From: a virus
Taxonomy: Duplodnaviria > Heunggongvirae > Uroviricota > Caudoviricetes
Direction: 5' to 3' (one strand)
DNA: 42,047 nt
Virus record (IMG/VR): IMGVR_UViG_2660238591_000003
Made by a program: the position numbers and the translations under genes. This document shows positions 18,556 through 28,098 of this stretch, in pieces (within the stretch, counting starts at the first letter, position 1; each line of letters opens with the position of its first letter). The notes beneath the pieces are model-generated. The model was not told the origin of the DNA and ran no database searches. It worked only from the letters and a program-made list of their open reading frames with translations.

Positions 18556-19307
18556 CCTGGGATTTGGCACCTGCACTTCCGGCCAGCATTTGCAGTTCGG
18601 CAGGCACCCGGCGTGCCCGGTCATACCGTCCAGCGTCGGCGGGTTATCCCAGCGCACAAACTTATCTTTCATCCAGCGATGTGAATCGCGCGTTCCGGCC
18701 CCTTCGATGCGCCACCAGTAGCCCTCAGAGCCAATCGACTCAGCGCGCGCCTGGGTGAGCGCTGTCGTGGCCCGGCCGATTTCGGTGCGGGCGATCATCT
18801 TCGCGCGGCTCTCTGCCACGTCGCCGGACTCCATAATCATCCGATAGAGCGCGTCGGGGCGCTCACCGTTTATGACGGCTTCCATTGCGCGCTCCTGGAT
18901 GTCACGAACGCGGTCGGCAGCTTCCAGCGGAAGAGATTTAATCAGCTGCACCTGCGGGATACGATGTCCTGAGCCACGAACCCCACCGGCGTATTGCCGA
19001 CAACATCCCGCAGCCCCTCAGAGATTTCCTGCGACACAGAGCGCCACTGGTTCCACTCCTCCTGCTCAACCTGCAGGAACATGCGTTTGGCTACCCGGTC
19101 GGCCCAGTCGTCAATCAGCAGCGAGTAATCTATCAGCCGGGCGCTAACCTGCTCGGCGCTCGCTTCCGAACCATCGTAGGAGCCAGTTACTATCGCGCCG
19201 CACTGACGCGCTATCTCCTGTAGACTTTTCTGATACTGGCGCTCCGATTTGCGGCGGAGGTTCGGTTTCAGATTCAGCCTCCTCCCATTCTGCTTTGGCA
19301 TCTTCAA
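18550..19307 (-). pseudogene. head morphogenesis protein (Mu F / SPP1 gp7 family), split across two reading frames
   Basis: The N-terminal part (track ORF 18942..19307) and the C-terminal part (18550..18951, with ARTEIGRA and a C-terminal Cys/His cluster) are in different frames and overlap by 10 nt. The N-terminal part also overlaps the portal 3' end. Confidence 0.55.
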
Positions 19308-20622
19308 TATCCTTGTCGGTGATAGAGCCGCCGATACCGATGATGTCGGACAGGTTGCGCAGGTCGTTCAGCGCGGCATGCTGCGGCATACCGATGTCGC
19401 GCACGGCAGTCGCCAGGGCGGTGGCCACGTTGCTGGCCATTGTCGCCCGGTCAGTGTCCGACATCTCCCAGAGCTTGTTGAACTCGAAGGTGAAGTCTTC
19501 CGGCAGGGGCTGTCCGAACAGGGAGCGCCAGGAGATATCCAGCAGCCAGCGGATGTGTCGGCGCAGGCGGCGCTCCTGCAGCGAGTTAACGCGGCTGTAG
19601 TAGTTCTCCAGATCCCCGTCGCCGGTGCTGAATCCGGATGGTGACTGCCCGAACAGGCGCACCAGCGGGATCCCAGTTGCGCCGGATACCTGCTCAGCAA
19701 AGCGCAGGATGACATCAGCGATCCCGGCGAACGAGTAACTGTGGGTCTGGAACTCGTCCGACTTATCCATGATGGTCATGCCTTCTATGGTCTGGAACTC
19801 ACGGATCATGTCCATGTGCTTCATCAGACCATCTTCCAGCGTGCCGCCAGTGGCCAGAATCTTACGCAATCCGTCAATGCTGTAGGTACGCAGGTGCGCC
19901 TTGTGAATCAGCTGTGTAGTGCCGACGGTTGCGGTATCGAACGCCTGAATGCGCTCGTAGATACGCTCGACTACCGACATTCCCCAGCCGTTCTCGGTCT
20001 GCGCCTGCTGGAATGGCAGTGTGTCACCTTCCATGCGGATAATGCGGCTGTGGTGAATCTTCCACGGGGGGATCCCCTGCTGGTTGGTCACCACCTTGTA
20101 GTACTTCGGCTTGCCGAACTCCGGGCCGTAATCGGTCACCAGGTCGTAATAGCTCGGGGTTACCTGCCAGCGGTCGAGGCACATCACCCCCTTGAACTGA
20201 CCCTCTTTGATGCGGTCGAGCTTCAGCGGAGTGGACATGTCCTGCCCTTCCAGCAGCACCACCAGCAGCGCGCCGCCGTACAGCCGGGACCACTTCAGGG
20301 TGTCGTTCAGTCCGTCCCAGATGGCAATGTCATCCCAGAACATCTCAAATTTACCCTTCTGTCCGGGCTCGAGCTTGGAACTGATGTTTATGCCCTTGCG
20401 GGTCATATCATCGGCCATAGCGTCTACACCGGCGCCCACCAAAAACGATGAACGATACGCAAATTCCAGCTGTACGCGGTTACGCGAGATATAGCCAGGC
20501 TGATAGCTCCCACCGCTCTGGATGTTGGATGTATAGCCGCCGAGCTTAGCCGCGAAGTTGTTGTACCCGTCACCAGTCCGGACGGGCTTTTGTGCGCCGC
20601 TCTGGCGTTTCTTTCGGGACAT
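19144..20622 (-). CDS. portal protein
   Basis: 492 aa immediately downstream of the terminase large subunit. Confidence 0.85.
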   Translation of the reverse strand: MSRKKRQSGAQKPVRTGDGYNNFAAKLGGYTSNIQSGGSYQPGYISRNRVQLEFAYRSSFLVGAGVDAMADDMTRKGINISSKLEPGQKGKFEMFWDDIAIWDGLNDTLKWSRLYGGALLVVLLEGQDMSTPLKLDRIKEGQFKGVMCLDRWQVTPSYYDLVTDYGPEFGKPKYYKVVTNQQGIPPWKIHHSRIIRMEGDTLPFQQAQTENGWGMSVVERIYERIQAFDTATVGTTQLIHKAHLRTYSIDGLRKILATGGTLEDGLMKHMDMIREFQTIEGMTIMDKSDEFQTHSYSFAGIADVILRFAEQVSGATGIPLVRLFGQSPSGFSTGDGDLENYYSRVNSLQERRLRRHIRWLLDISWRSLFGQPLPEDFTFEFNKLWEMSDTDRATMASNVATALATAVRDIGMPQHAALNDLRNLSDIIGIGGSITDKDIEDAKAEWEEAESETEPPPQIGAPVSEKSTGDSASVRRDSNWLLRWFGSERRAG

Positions 20623-20634
20623 ATCCCCTCACTA

Positions 20635-21840
20635 TTATTGTTTGCCCAGGGCGGCCCAGACACCGAGATCGCCAACGCTTGTGATGTATCCATCCAGCGA
20701 GTAGCGCACGGCATCCCACAGGTGGTTATGCTTATCCACGACAACCGGCAGCACTTCGCCGGTCATGCGGTCGGTTTTGTAGGAGTAAAGGCGCGCCTCA
20801 TCGACCATGTGCTTACAGCGCTCATGGATGATGATTTCTTCGAACCCTTTCAGGTAGGTAATGCCGTCCTCAACGCTCCCCGGCCATTTGGTAGCGCCGT
20901 CGATGATGAAGCCCTGACGCGAAAGATAACTGATGGTCTCCGGCCGGCTGCAGTCGCCGTGAATGGGCCATTTTCTGGATTCCGGGATGGAGTCATAGAA
21001 CTGCGCCATTTCGTCCAGCTCGACGCCGACGCCGTAGGCTTCGTACTCGATGTACAATCGGGTGCCGATAATGAAGCAACGGACCAGAGTGGATGGGTCG
21101 TTGGCGAAACCGAAGTCAGCCCCATAAAACAGGCGATCGGCTTCTTTCCACAGGTCGTCAGAGAATGCCTCAACCCGGTACTTGCCGGAGAAGATAACGG
21201 CCTCACTGAGCGCCTTCGGCAGCCCCAGCCAGATATGCTCGTAAGCCTCGAAGTCGATACGCTTGCAGTATTCCATCTCGTGCCTGAGCACGTCAGGGAA
21301 GAATGCGTTATCGCAGTAGTTGACGCAGGTAATAATCGCTCCGCCATCAGGGGGATCGGCGCGGTGCCGCTCCATCATGGCGTAGGTCGGGTCGGTAGCT
21401 TCGCGCGGGTTGAACGACACCCACACTTCGGATTTATTGGCGCGAACGGTCGGACCGAGGATGTCCCAGCTATCCTGCGATACGGTTTGCGCTTCCTCTA
21501 CCCAGCATATTTTGATGCCGTGCATCGACTTAATGCTCTGGATGTTGTTGCGCAGACCTTTGAAGGTAAACCGCGTGCCGTTGCTGCCCTCTATCTCGTT
21601 GTTCTTGACCTTGTAGAAGTGCGCCAGGCCAAGCGAGTGGATTTCAGCGTCCAGCAGTGCCAGTACCGAATCGTTGATAGAGTTCTGGAACTCACGAGCG
21701 CACAGGATGATCATTGGCTCGATAGCGCCCAACAATACCAGCGCGCGGGCAATCTCTACCGATTTGCCGCCACCACGACCGCCATACGTCCAGCGCCAGC
21801 GGACAGAGCCTATCGGTGCGTCGTACAGCGTCCCGAGCAC
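20635..21840 (-). CDS. terL: terminase large subunit
   Basis: 401 aa. Walker A-like GGRGGGKS, Walker B-like ICWVEEAQ, and acidic nuclease-type motifs in the C-terminal half. Confidence 0.9.
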   Translation of the reverse strand: MLGTLYDAPIGSVRWRWTYGGRGGGKSVEIARALVLLGAIEPMIILCAREFQNSINDSVLALLDAEIHSLGLAHFYKVKNNEIEGSNGTRFTFKGLRNNIQSIKSMHGIKICWVEEAQTVSQDSWDILGPTVRANKSEVWVSFNPREATDPTYAMMERHRADPPDGGAIITCVNYCDNAFFPDVLRHEMEYCKRIDFEAYEHIWLGLPKALSEAVIFSGKYRVEAFSDDLWKEADRLFYGADFGFANDPSTLVRCFIIGTRLYIEYEAYGVGVELDEMAQFYDSIPESRKWPIHGDCSRPETISYLSRQGFIIDGATKWPGSVEDGITYLKGFEEIIIHERCKHMVDEARLYSYKTDRMTGEVLPVVVDKHNHLWDAVRYSLDGYITSVGDLGVWAALGKQ

Positions 21841-21875
21841 CCAGTCGCTACTGAATGAGTACAGGACACCATCGA

Positions 21876-22583
21876 TTATTGTTGGGCTGTCTGCTTTCCC
21901 TCGCGCAGCTTATCCATGTGCGCTGCCCACGCTTCAGGCGGGCAGTTCGACGGCGTGACGATGCAGACCTTTCCGTAACTCAGGCCAGCCAGATCGACAT
22001 TCACTTCCGTTTTGTTGCTCATGTCGATGCCGGTGAGCTGCGCGGCGTTTTTGATGTTCGGGGCTACCTGCCCAAACTTCTCAGCGTCCAGCGCGGCTTT
22101 CGCCGATTTGTAGGAGAGTTCAGCCAGGTCTTTCGCGTCGAATGATACGAGCAGAGCGGCATCCTGACGCAGCTCTCTGATGCGCCTGCGCACATCCGGG
22201 CGTTTGAAAAGTATCGATGCCTGGGAATCAGCGCGTGAAGGCGAATAGCCCGCGCATATCGCCGCCTCTTTCTGCGGCATGCCCCGCGCGATGTTCTGCG
22301 CAAACTGCTCATGCTGTGGTTTAAGGATGCCTGCGTTTTCCTGCGCAGTATCGCCCTCAACTGGCGTAGAGGCTTCAACCACTACTACATGCGGCATCTG
22401 GCTTTGCGCAGTTTTGCGCACATCCTTTTGCGCAGTTTTTTGCGCAGCAGGCTTTTTGATGTACCTGCGCGCAGATGTATAATTCAGTCCCTGCGCTTCG
22501 CACCATTCTTTCGGCGATATACCTGTTTTGGCATGCTCGGCGAGGAACCGTCTTTGGAGGCTTCCCCAGTCCGGTTTTGCCAT
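21876..22583 (-). CDS. terS: terminase small subunit
   Basis: 235 aa directly upstream of terL. N-terminal HTH-like region; internal GCGCA repeats. Confidence 0.7.
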   Translation of the reverse strand: MAKPDWGSLQRRFLAEHAKTGISPKEWCEAQGLNYTSARRYIKKPAAQKTAQKDVRKTAQSQMPHVVVVEASTPVEGDTAQENAGILKPQHEQFAQNIARGMPQKEAAICAGYSPSRADSQASILFKRPDVRRRIRELRQDAALLVSFDAKDLAELSYKSAKAALDAEKFGQVAPNIKNAAQLTGIDMSNKTEVNVDLAGLSYGKVCIVTPSNCPPEAWAAHMDKLREGKQTAQQ

Positions 22584-22719
22584 AAAACTCTCTGGAATAT
22601 TCCAATAAACGAGGCGATAGTAACCATTGAAAATGACGAAGTATTAGCGGCAAAAATTATTTTGCTTCTATACAAGTGTCATGTTTCAACCCTAAGAACT
22701 TTGATGCAAAGGAACGACT

Positions 22720-22980
22720 ATGTCAGATGTAGAAAAAAGAATTGCCCATCTTGAGGATTTGGTTGAAGAGTTACAGTTACACAGCCACGCTTCTCGTGTT
22801 GCTATTGCTGTATTATCAACGGCTTTAAACGGAGTTGTGGGGAAAGAAACTCACCTCGGAGATGTTTATTTAGAAGGGGTTTCTAAGGCCGACCCCATCG
22901 AATTCGACATTCCCGCTAAAGATGGATACCTAGAAAAATTAAACGAGAGAGTCGCTGCTCTACTAGGCAGAGCACAATAA
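22720..22980 (+). CDS. hypothetical small protein, moron between terS and the lysis genes
   Basis: 86 aa; AAGGAA RBS 8 nt before the ATG. AT-rich and opposite in orientation to flanking late genes. Confidence 0.55.
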   Translation: MSDVEKRIAHLEDLVEELQLHSHASRVAIAVLSTALNGVVGKETHLGDVYLEGVSKADPIEFDIPAKDGYLEKLNERVAALLGRAQ

Positions 22981-23069
22981 GCATTTTTCAAAATCATTTT
23001 TCTTAAGCCTTTTACGCATCCCCTCCGGGGGATGTAGCCATAAAGATGAGTTTGTCCATAGCGTTGACA

Positions 23070-23093
23070 CTAAAAAACCGCCCGTAGGCGGTT
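23070..23093 (-). terminator. hairpin with T-tract (- strand)
   Basis: Stem AACCGCC/GGCGGTT, followed on the - strand by TTTTTTAGTG. Confidence 0.5.
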
Positions 23094-23479
23094 TGTAGGT
23101 GAAAGGAAGGCCAAGCTAATGCGAATTACTACAAGGTTCAGTTATCCCTAATGACGCGACGGACATTTCGGGGCCAAACCAAGCAGCGTCACCTGAGCCC
23201 CTTGGCTTTTCATGAATTGACCCAACAGCGTGACCTGAAAGGCGGGAGACTCCAACGTCCCAGACGCGGGTGGTAAAAATCTCAAGATGGTCATCCATCT
23301 CGGAATTCTCCCTTCGCACTATCCTCTCGATTTCTGTTACCCCTGGCTCAGGAACCCTGACGTCACGATCAACGGTTGCTTAAGGGGAAGTCCAAAAACT
23401 GGGTCAAAAAGACCTCCTTGAACTTTCCGTGGGTTAACATTTTTTATGATAGCGAAACGGGTAACTTTCGCAAATATTG

Positions 23480-23743
23480 TTATTTAAAATGAGATGTGCG
23501 TGAAAGTTCAACCTTCCATATATCAGCCTTATCCCGATTGCATTGCCCCAGCGCCGATAGCAGACTGACATTCAGATCCAGACTGTCCCCGTAGGTCAGC
23601 GGCTCGGGAATGGCAGGCTGTGGTGTTTCAGCTGTCAGGTTCGCCGGCAGGGGCACCACCGGCGCCTGCACGTAAACTGTCCGCGTATTCCCGCAGCCGG
23701 TTAGCAGCTGCAGCAGGCACAGGCCGACGAGCGCAATCATCAT
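23480..23743 (-). CDS. Rz1: o-spanin (Rz1-like outer-membrane lipoprotein)
   Basis: Out-of-frame ORF overlapping the 3' end of Rz. Lipobox LLTGC and a proline-rich mature region. Confidence 0.7.
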   Translation of the reverse strand: MMIALVGLCLLQLLTGCGNTRTVYVQAPVVPLPANLTAETPQPAIPEPLTYGDSLDLNVSLLSALGQCNRDKADIWKVELSRTSHFK

Positions 23744-24020
23744 CCGCAACAGCCACTTTGATATCTGCCTGGGCTCTCTGTGACTCCAGTGCGATCTTGT
23801 TCTTTGCATTCTGGTTCGCCTCTGAAATGGCGTTGATGATACTCACGGCCCGAATCACGTTCGCGGTGACAGCATTCGCGGTCTCAGCCTGCTGTTCTGC
23901 GCTATCGGCCCGCTCCTTTTCGCTACTGGCTTTGTCGCTGTAATACCATGCCGACCAGCACGCCCCGCCGAACAGGCAAAGGAGGAATATGGCAATCGCA
24001 ATGATGTGACGAGCTTTCAT
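23628..24020 (-). CDS. Rz: i-spanin (Rz-like)
   Basis: 130 aa with an N-terminal TM (IIAIAIFLLCLFGGACW) and coiled coil. ATGA overlap with the endolysin stop. Confidence 0.75.
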   Translation of the reverse strand: MKARHIIAIAIFLLCLFGGACWSAWYYSDKASSEKERADSAEQQAETANAVTANVIRAVSIINAISEANQNAKNKIALESQRAQADIKVAVADDDCARRPVPAAAANRLREYADSLRAGAGGAPAGEPDS

Positions 24021-24553
24021 TTATCGAGCCCCCAGCATGCCAACGCGCTTTCTTGGTCGCGGCGTTCCACCTGACCGAAGCATCCGTTCTTCTGCCCCTT
24101 GGTTAGCCGGCAATCCCGGCCGCCATCTTTTATCCACCAGCGGATCGCTTCGCATGCCCCTTTACGGTCACCGGCATTGATGCGCTTATAGAACGTCGAG
24201 GGGAAGCACTTACCGGGCCCGATGTTATACGGGCAGAAAGAAGCTATTCCGGCCTTTTGCGGTTCGGTCAGCGGCACCCTGATATTGCGTTCAACCCAGG
24301 CCAGCGCTTTATTTCGCTCAACGGCATTCACCTGGTCACATTTGGCCTGCGTCAGCTTCATGCCCTGGCGAACTGGTTTACCATCTACCAGCGTGGCGCC
24401 GCGGCAAATAGTCCAGACGCCGCCACCGTCCTGATAAGCAATCAGGCTGTTGCCTTCCTTCTCATTCAGGAACTGATCGAGAATAACGGGCGCTGACGCA
24501 CCGGCGAGGATAAGACCTAATACCGCAGCGCTAAGCTTTGATCTGTCAGCCAC
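24017..24553 (-). CDS. R: SAR endolysin (GH24 lysozyme, phage 21 R-like)
   Basis: GTG start overlapping the holin TAG. N-terminal signal-arrest-release helix LSAAVLGLILAGASAPVIL. Catalytic triad spacing E-x8-D-x5-T within EGNSLIAYQDGGGVWT. Confidence 0.85.
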   Translation of the reverse strand: MADRSKLSAAVLGLILAGASAPVILDQFLNEKEGNSLIAYQDGGGVWTICRGATLVDGKPVRQGMKLTQAKCDQVNAVERNKALAWVERNIRVPLTEPQKAGIASFCPYNIGPGKCFPSTFYKRINAGDRKGACEAIRWWIKDGGRDCRLTKGQKNGCFGQVERRDQESALACWGLDK

Positions 24554-24768
24554 TATTCCCCCCTGGCGGCTTTGCGCCGGTCCTCTTTGATTTTGAAATA
24601 CAGGTTTGTCAGATACGTCAGCAGCCCGAACACCAGGCTGCCAAGCACACCAATGGCTGCCCACTGCGATGGTGACACCTGGTCAAGCAACTGCAGGCTC
24701 CAGTAACCAGCGTTAGTCGCTGATGCACCATAGGCGATGCCAGTGGTTAGTTTTTCCATGCGTAACAT
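24553..24768 (-). CDS. S: pinholin (phage 21 S-like class II holin) with dual-start motif
   Basis: 71 aa with two TM segments ([16 protein letters not shown] and [17 protein letters not shown]). Starts MLRMEK, with Met1 and Met4 either side of Arg. RBS GGAGGTGA upstream. Confidence 0.8.
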   Translation of the reverse strand: MLRMEKLTTGIAYGASATNAGYWSLQLLDQVSPSQWAAIGVLGSLVFGLLTYLTNLYFKIKEDRRKAARGE

Positions 24769-25276
24769 GCTCTCACCTCCGATTATTTCGGGGTGCTATG
24801 TGTAATGGGGATCAGGCTCTCGGGCTGCATTAACAACAAGGCTTGTTGAGGAGGTTTCCCGGAGCCTGAAAAAGAAAAGGCCCGCGTATGCGAGCCTCTA
24901 TAAATTCTTTGCCACTTCCCGGAGTGGCCACGCTCATGCCCTTGAGCTGCTGTCGCATCATCGCCGCTTATCACCGGTGCGCGTCTGGCTTTCGCGCTGC
25001 TTTACCGGAGCTATTTTTAATCTATGAACCCTGACCCGTCACTACACAGGCTCGCTCAATGGCGACTCGGGGCAGCATCATGACTGCTGCATTGCCTTTC
25101 GGCTACGGTGTGTCCGTTCTACTCTACATTTTCATACCCTCCAGAAACGGCAAAGCCCCGCGGGGTTAACCGCAGGGCTTTAAACGAAGGCAGTAACCCA
25201 TCGTTGGAGAGAAATTAACACAGATTCGGGAAAAGTAAATAGCTCACGATAAAATCGACAGCGATTAATTGGTGCT

Positions 25277-26107
25277 TTATCGAGTTATTGCTCGCAGTTG
25301 CGATTCGGCCCACGCTTCTTCCATGTCGAATTTGGTGATCAGCCGGTCGTAAAACGGCTTCACTGACTTTTTCCAGGTGTCCAGAGTAATGGCGTCGGTA
25401 ATAAGGCAAACAGCCGCATATGCCTCAGTCGAGGGGATCCGCTCATACCCGCGCCCGCCGCAGCGCTTGCAGTCGGCCATCACCGGCGCGCCCTGCTTTT
25501 CTGTCAGCGTCTTGCTGACAGCTTTTCCGCGCCCCTGGCAGTCATTACATGCGCAGCTGACGACCTTCTTCCCTTTGCAGGCCGAGCACAGCACCCGGGC
25601 CACCTCTTTCACCTCACGCCGATTCTGATGCTGCGAAGGGATAACCTTCAGCCCCCATTTTTTTGATTTTTGAATGATGTCTTTTGCGCAGCCAGAGATG
25701 CTGGTTTTCATACTAAAAACGTCAGCCTCAATGAACCCCTGCCCTGCGCAACATTCGCACCTCTTGACGCTGGCGGCGCTGCGGGAATAGTCCTCAAAAG
25801 CGAAGGTAGCAAGCTGGCGCATCACCAGCGGTTTAACCCCAGCGTCCAGTTTGCGCAGGGCAGCCACGCTATCGCATTTTGTCAGCGCATACTGGGCCAG
25901 CAGCTCGATCGCTCTCTCCCGATCGTTGTTGCTGATGCCCATCTTTCCGAGAAAGGCACTGTAGCCCATGGCGGCGCGTTCCTGGGTCATGCCCATGGCT
26001 GCCATGATGTCCGTTCCGGTCAGCGAGTCGGAGGCCGTAGCGCGCGGAGAGTCGCTAATCAGCGTCGATTTGGCGAAGTGGTATTTCACGGTGTTTTCGA
26101 GGTTCAT
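25277..26107 (-). CDS. Q: late-gene antiterminator Q (Cys-rich, phage 82/21-type)
   Basis: 276 aa containing several CxxC pairs (CECCAGQG, CSACKGKK, CNDCQGRG, CKRCGGRG). Position directly upstream of the lysis cassette. Confidence 0.75.
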   Translation of the reverse strand: MNLENTVKYHFAKSTLISDSPRATASDSLTGTDIMAAMGMTQERAAMGYSAFLGKMGISNNDRERAIELLAQYALTKCDSVAALRKLDAGVKPLVMRQLATFAFEDYSRSAASVKRCECCAGQGFIEADVFSMKTSISGCAKDIIQKSKKWGLKVIPSQHQNRREVKEVARVLCSACKGKKVVSCACNDCQGRGKAVSKTLTEKQGAPVMADCKRCGGRGYERIPSTEAYAAVCLITDAITLDTWKKSVKPFYDRLITKFDMEEAWAESQLRAITR

Positions 26108-26244
26108 GCAGCAGCTCCTGCCAACTGGTTAATGCGAATAAAATTGCGAAGAATGCGGTAGTCCACCAGCACCGAACCCGGGCGGCGATAAATGCGGAGG
26201 CGTGTCCAGCGCATGCGGATTACCTCAATCAGTTCTGATGTCAT
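26104..26244 (-). CDS. small Arg-rich protein (46 aa), not in the ORF track
   Basis: ATG 26242-26244 overlaps the RusA stop (ATGA) and its TGA overlaps the Q ATG (ATGA). [46 protein letters not shown], with GGGGGA upstream. Confidence 0.45.
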   Translation of the reverse strand: MTSELIEVIRMRWTRLRIYRRPGSVLVDYRILRNFIRINQLAGAAA

Positions 26245-26603
26245 AAGTCCCCCAGTTCGGTGATGGTCAGCTCCAGCCTGCCGCCCCTGACGACGGGCAT
26301 CCGTATAACGCGGTAGTCGTCCACCAGCTGATCGTCCTGCCAGAATCCGGCCTTAGTAAGCGCGTCGAACGCGGCCTTCTGCAGGTTGTCCAGGTCACGG
26401 CGGCGGCGGGCAGGCATATGGCACTCGATGCGAATCTTCACCGGGCCGGAGATGCCGATATCCAGCAGCTGGTCTTTGATGATTTGGGCCACGCGGTCGC
26501 GGTAAGCCTGCCCTTCCGTGCTGATGTGCGTACGCCCGCGATTGTGTCGGTAATAGCGGTTATTACTCGGTGGCCACGGCAATGTGATTTTGTACTCGCT
26601 CAC
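26241..26603 (-). CDS. rusA: Holliday junction resolvase RusA
   Basis: GTG start (track ORF has a longer low-complexity extension). 120 aa: [32 protein letters not shown]...[25 protein letters not shown]. Confidence 0.85.
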   Translation of the reverse strand: MSEYKITLPWPPSNNRYYRHNRGRTHISTEGQAYRDRVAQIIKDQLLDIGISGPVKIRIECHMPARRRRDLDNLQKAAFDALTKAGFWQDDQLVDDYRVIRMPVVRGGRLELTITELGDL

Positions 26604-26890
26604 GCTTTCACCTTCCCCTCTTTCAGCCAGATAACCTGCGTGCGGGCCATGCCCTCCAGCGCGCACTCCTTTGCATAATCCGCGTCGACCAGGCGAGTGC
26701 GGCGGTCGATTTCGTCGTGACAGCTGCTGCATGCAATGGTGGCAATCAGATCAGGCGGCTTAATTCCGGTACCGCACAGCCCGGCCAGGCGAATATGCGC
26801 CAGCACGCTTGTGTCTGGGTTGCCGTTGCACACGCCGGGGATCCGAACCTGACATTCGCGACCGCGCGCAGCTTTGCGTAAATCCGCCAT
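26600..26890 (-). CDS. Cys-rich phage protein (DUF1364/YbcO-like)
   Basis: Start at [23 protein letters not shown]; Cys cluster [11 protein letters not shown]. The track ORF's N-terminal extension is low-complexity and is discounted. Confidence 0.6.
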   Translation of the reverse strand: MADLRKAARGRECQVRIPGVCNGNPDTSVLAHIRLAGLCGTGIKPPDLIATIACSSCHDEIDRRTRLVDADYAKECALEGMARTQVIWLKEGKVKA

Positions 26891-26892
26891 GC

Positions 26893-27102
26893 TCACCCCC
26901 AGACCTTCTGACGGAGTGACCGCGGCGTACGTTCCTGCCGGTGCGCCTCCGGCAGCCGGGCGCTGACGGTCCAGGTGACGTAATCGGGATTCAGGCTTCG
27001 CTCTACCTTCACGCCGCGGCGCCGGTATTCCGCCATGAGCTCGTCGGCCTGCTGCGTGGTGCACTCGGTGTGCTGGAACCATGTTTCTTTCATCGGCATC
27101 AC
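26893..27102 (-). CDS. hypothetical small protein
   Basis: 69 aa; ATGA coupling with the upstream gene. Confidence 0.5.
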   Translation of the reverse strand: MMPMKETWFQHTECTTQQADELMAEYRRRGVKVERSLNPDYVTWTVSARLPEAHRQERTPRSLRQKVWG

Positions 27103-27698
27103 CCCACGAAGCTCATGAGCTGCGCAGCGGCATTATCCGCGTCGCTACGGCTCTTGAATGCCCTGGACAGGATCCAACGCCACAGAACATCGAGTGCGGC
27201 CCTGTAGAGTTGCTGGAACTCGGTTTCGTCCATATTGGCGAAGGCGATGCTGCGGGGGTGTTTGCGGAGGGTGCCGTCAGGCAGCTGTATCGCGTCGTAG
27301 TGGCCGGATTCGATGGTTACCCAGGCGCGGTAGGCGTCGAATGACTTGCAGGCGCTGATGCTGCCCGTGCGCTTATCAGCGATGCGCTCGAGATATTGCT
27401 CAGCGGCATCCAGCAGCGCCCCTTCGTTCCCGCCGTAGGAGGCCAGAAATCTGGCATAGCCGGTCACCAGCTTGCGTTCGTTGGAAGAGATCGCCCCGCC
27501 GGTTGGCTCCCAGTATTCGAACCCGAGGTTTAAAAGCGCGAAGAAGCGGCGGTGGAAAGCCGGATTGCGGACCTGTTTGAAGTCGGCTACCAGCACGGCG
27601 CCGAGTTTGATTTTTGATTGCAGAATATCGCTGGTCTCCGGCGTCGCGGGGATCAGGATTCCTGATGACTGCTTGATGAGTTGTAGTTCGTGCGCCAT
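27099..27698 (-). CDS. hypothetical early protein (DUF1367-like)
   Basis: 199 aa; RBS GGAGAGAAACC before the ATG. Confidence 0.5.
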   Translation of the reverse strand: MAHELQLIKQSSGILIPATPETSDILQSKIKLGAVLVADFKQVRNPAFHRRFFALLNLGFEYWEPTGGAISSNERKLVTGYARFLASYGGNEGALLDAAEQYLERIADKRTGSISACKSFDAYRAWVTIESGHYDAIQLPDGTLRKHPRSIAFANMDETEFQQLYRAALDVLWRWILSRAFKSRSDADNAAAQLMSFVG

Positions 27699-27732
27699 GG
27701 TTTCTCTCCGTGGCGCAGTAGGTTACGGTTGT

Positions 27733-27981
27733 TCAGACCGTTGATTTCATATTATCAGAAGGTTGGGTTACCCGGTAGCCGAGACGGTTAATAAACTGCA
27801 TAAAACCATTAGGAGTAAAGACCTCTTCATCATCCAGCAAAGGCCGCATAGAAACCATGCCATTGACGCGATAAATTAGATGCCTGCCCGATGAAGGAAA
27901 GCTAAACACCACGCAGCCGTCAGACCTTCTTACAATGTCATACCAGTTGTCTTCTGACGTTTGCAAAGCTGAATCACTCAC
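27733..27981 (-). CDS. hypothetical small protein
   Basis: 82 aa; RBS AAGGGAGAAC before the ATG. Confidence 0.5.
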   Translation of the reverse strand: MSDSALQTSEDNWYDIVRRSDGCVVFSFPSSGRHLIYRVNGMVSMRPLLDDEEVFTPNGFMQFINRLGYRVTQPSDNMKSTV

Positions 27982-28098
27982 ATTTATGTTCTCCCTTCGA
28001 GCGACTAACAGACGCGATTAAAGATTGTCGGCAGCAGCATCAGAGGGTTACGCAAATTGCGGTATTCTGAAAAATGCGCGCCAGCCTTAAGCGCAATT

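Noticed and set aside
20590-21858. 422-aa + strand ORF
   Set aside because: Fully antisense to the terminase large subunit, which carries Walker A/B motifs. Long antisense ORFs are expected in GC-rich coding DNA.
22380-22450. Short GCGCA-containing direct repeats in terS
   Set aside because: They encode a repeated KTAQ peptide motif inside the coding sequence; treated as coding repeats, not a regulatory array.
23116-23319. 67-aa - strand ORF in the noncoding gap
   Set aside because: No RBS, odd composition, isolated in the intergenic region between the lysis and terminase modules.
24783-24974. 63-aa - strand ORF between Q and holin
   Set aside because: Falls in the expected late promoter/leader region, with no RBS and a His/Gly-rich translation.
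26891-27082. N-terminal extension of track ORF 26600..27082
   Set aside because: Low-complexity Arg/Ala/Gly-rich translation overlapping a better small ORF (26893..27102) in another frame; start moved to MADLRK.
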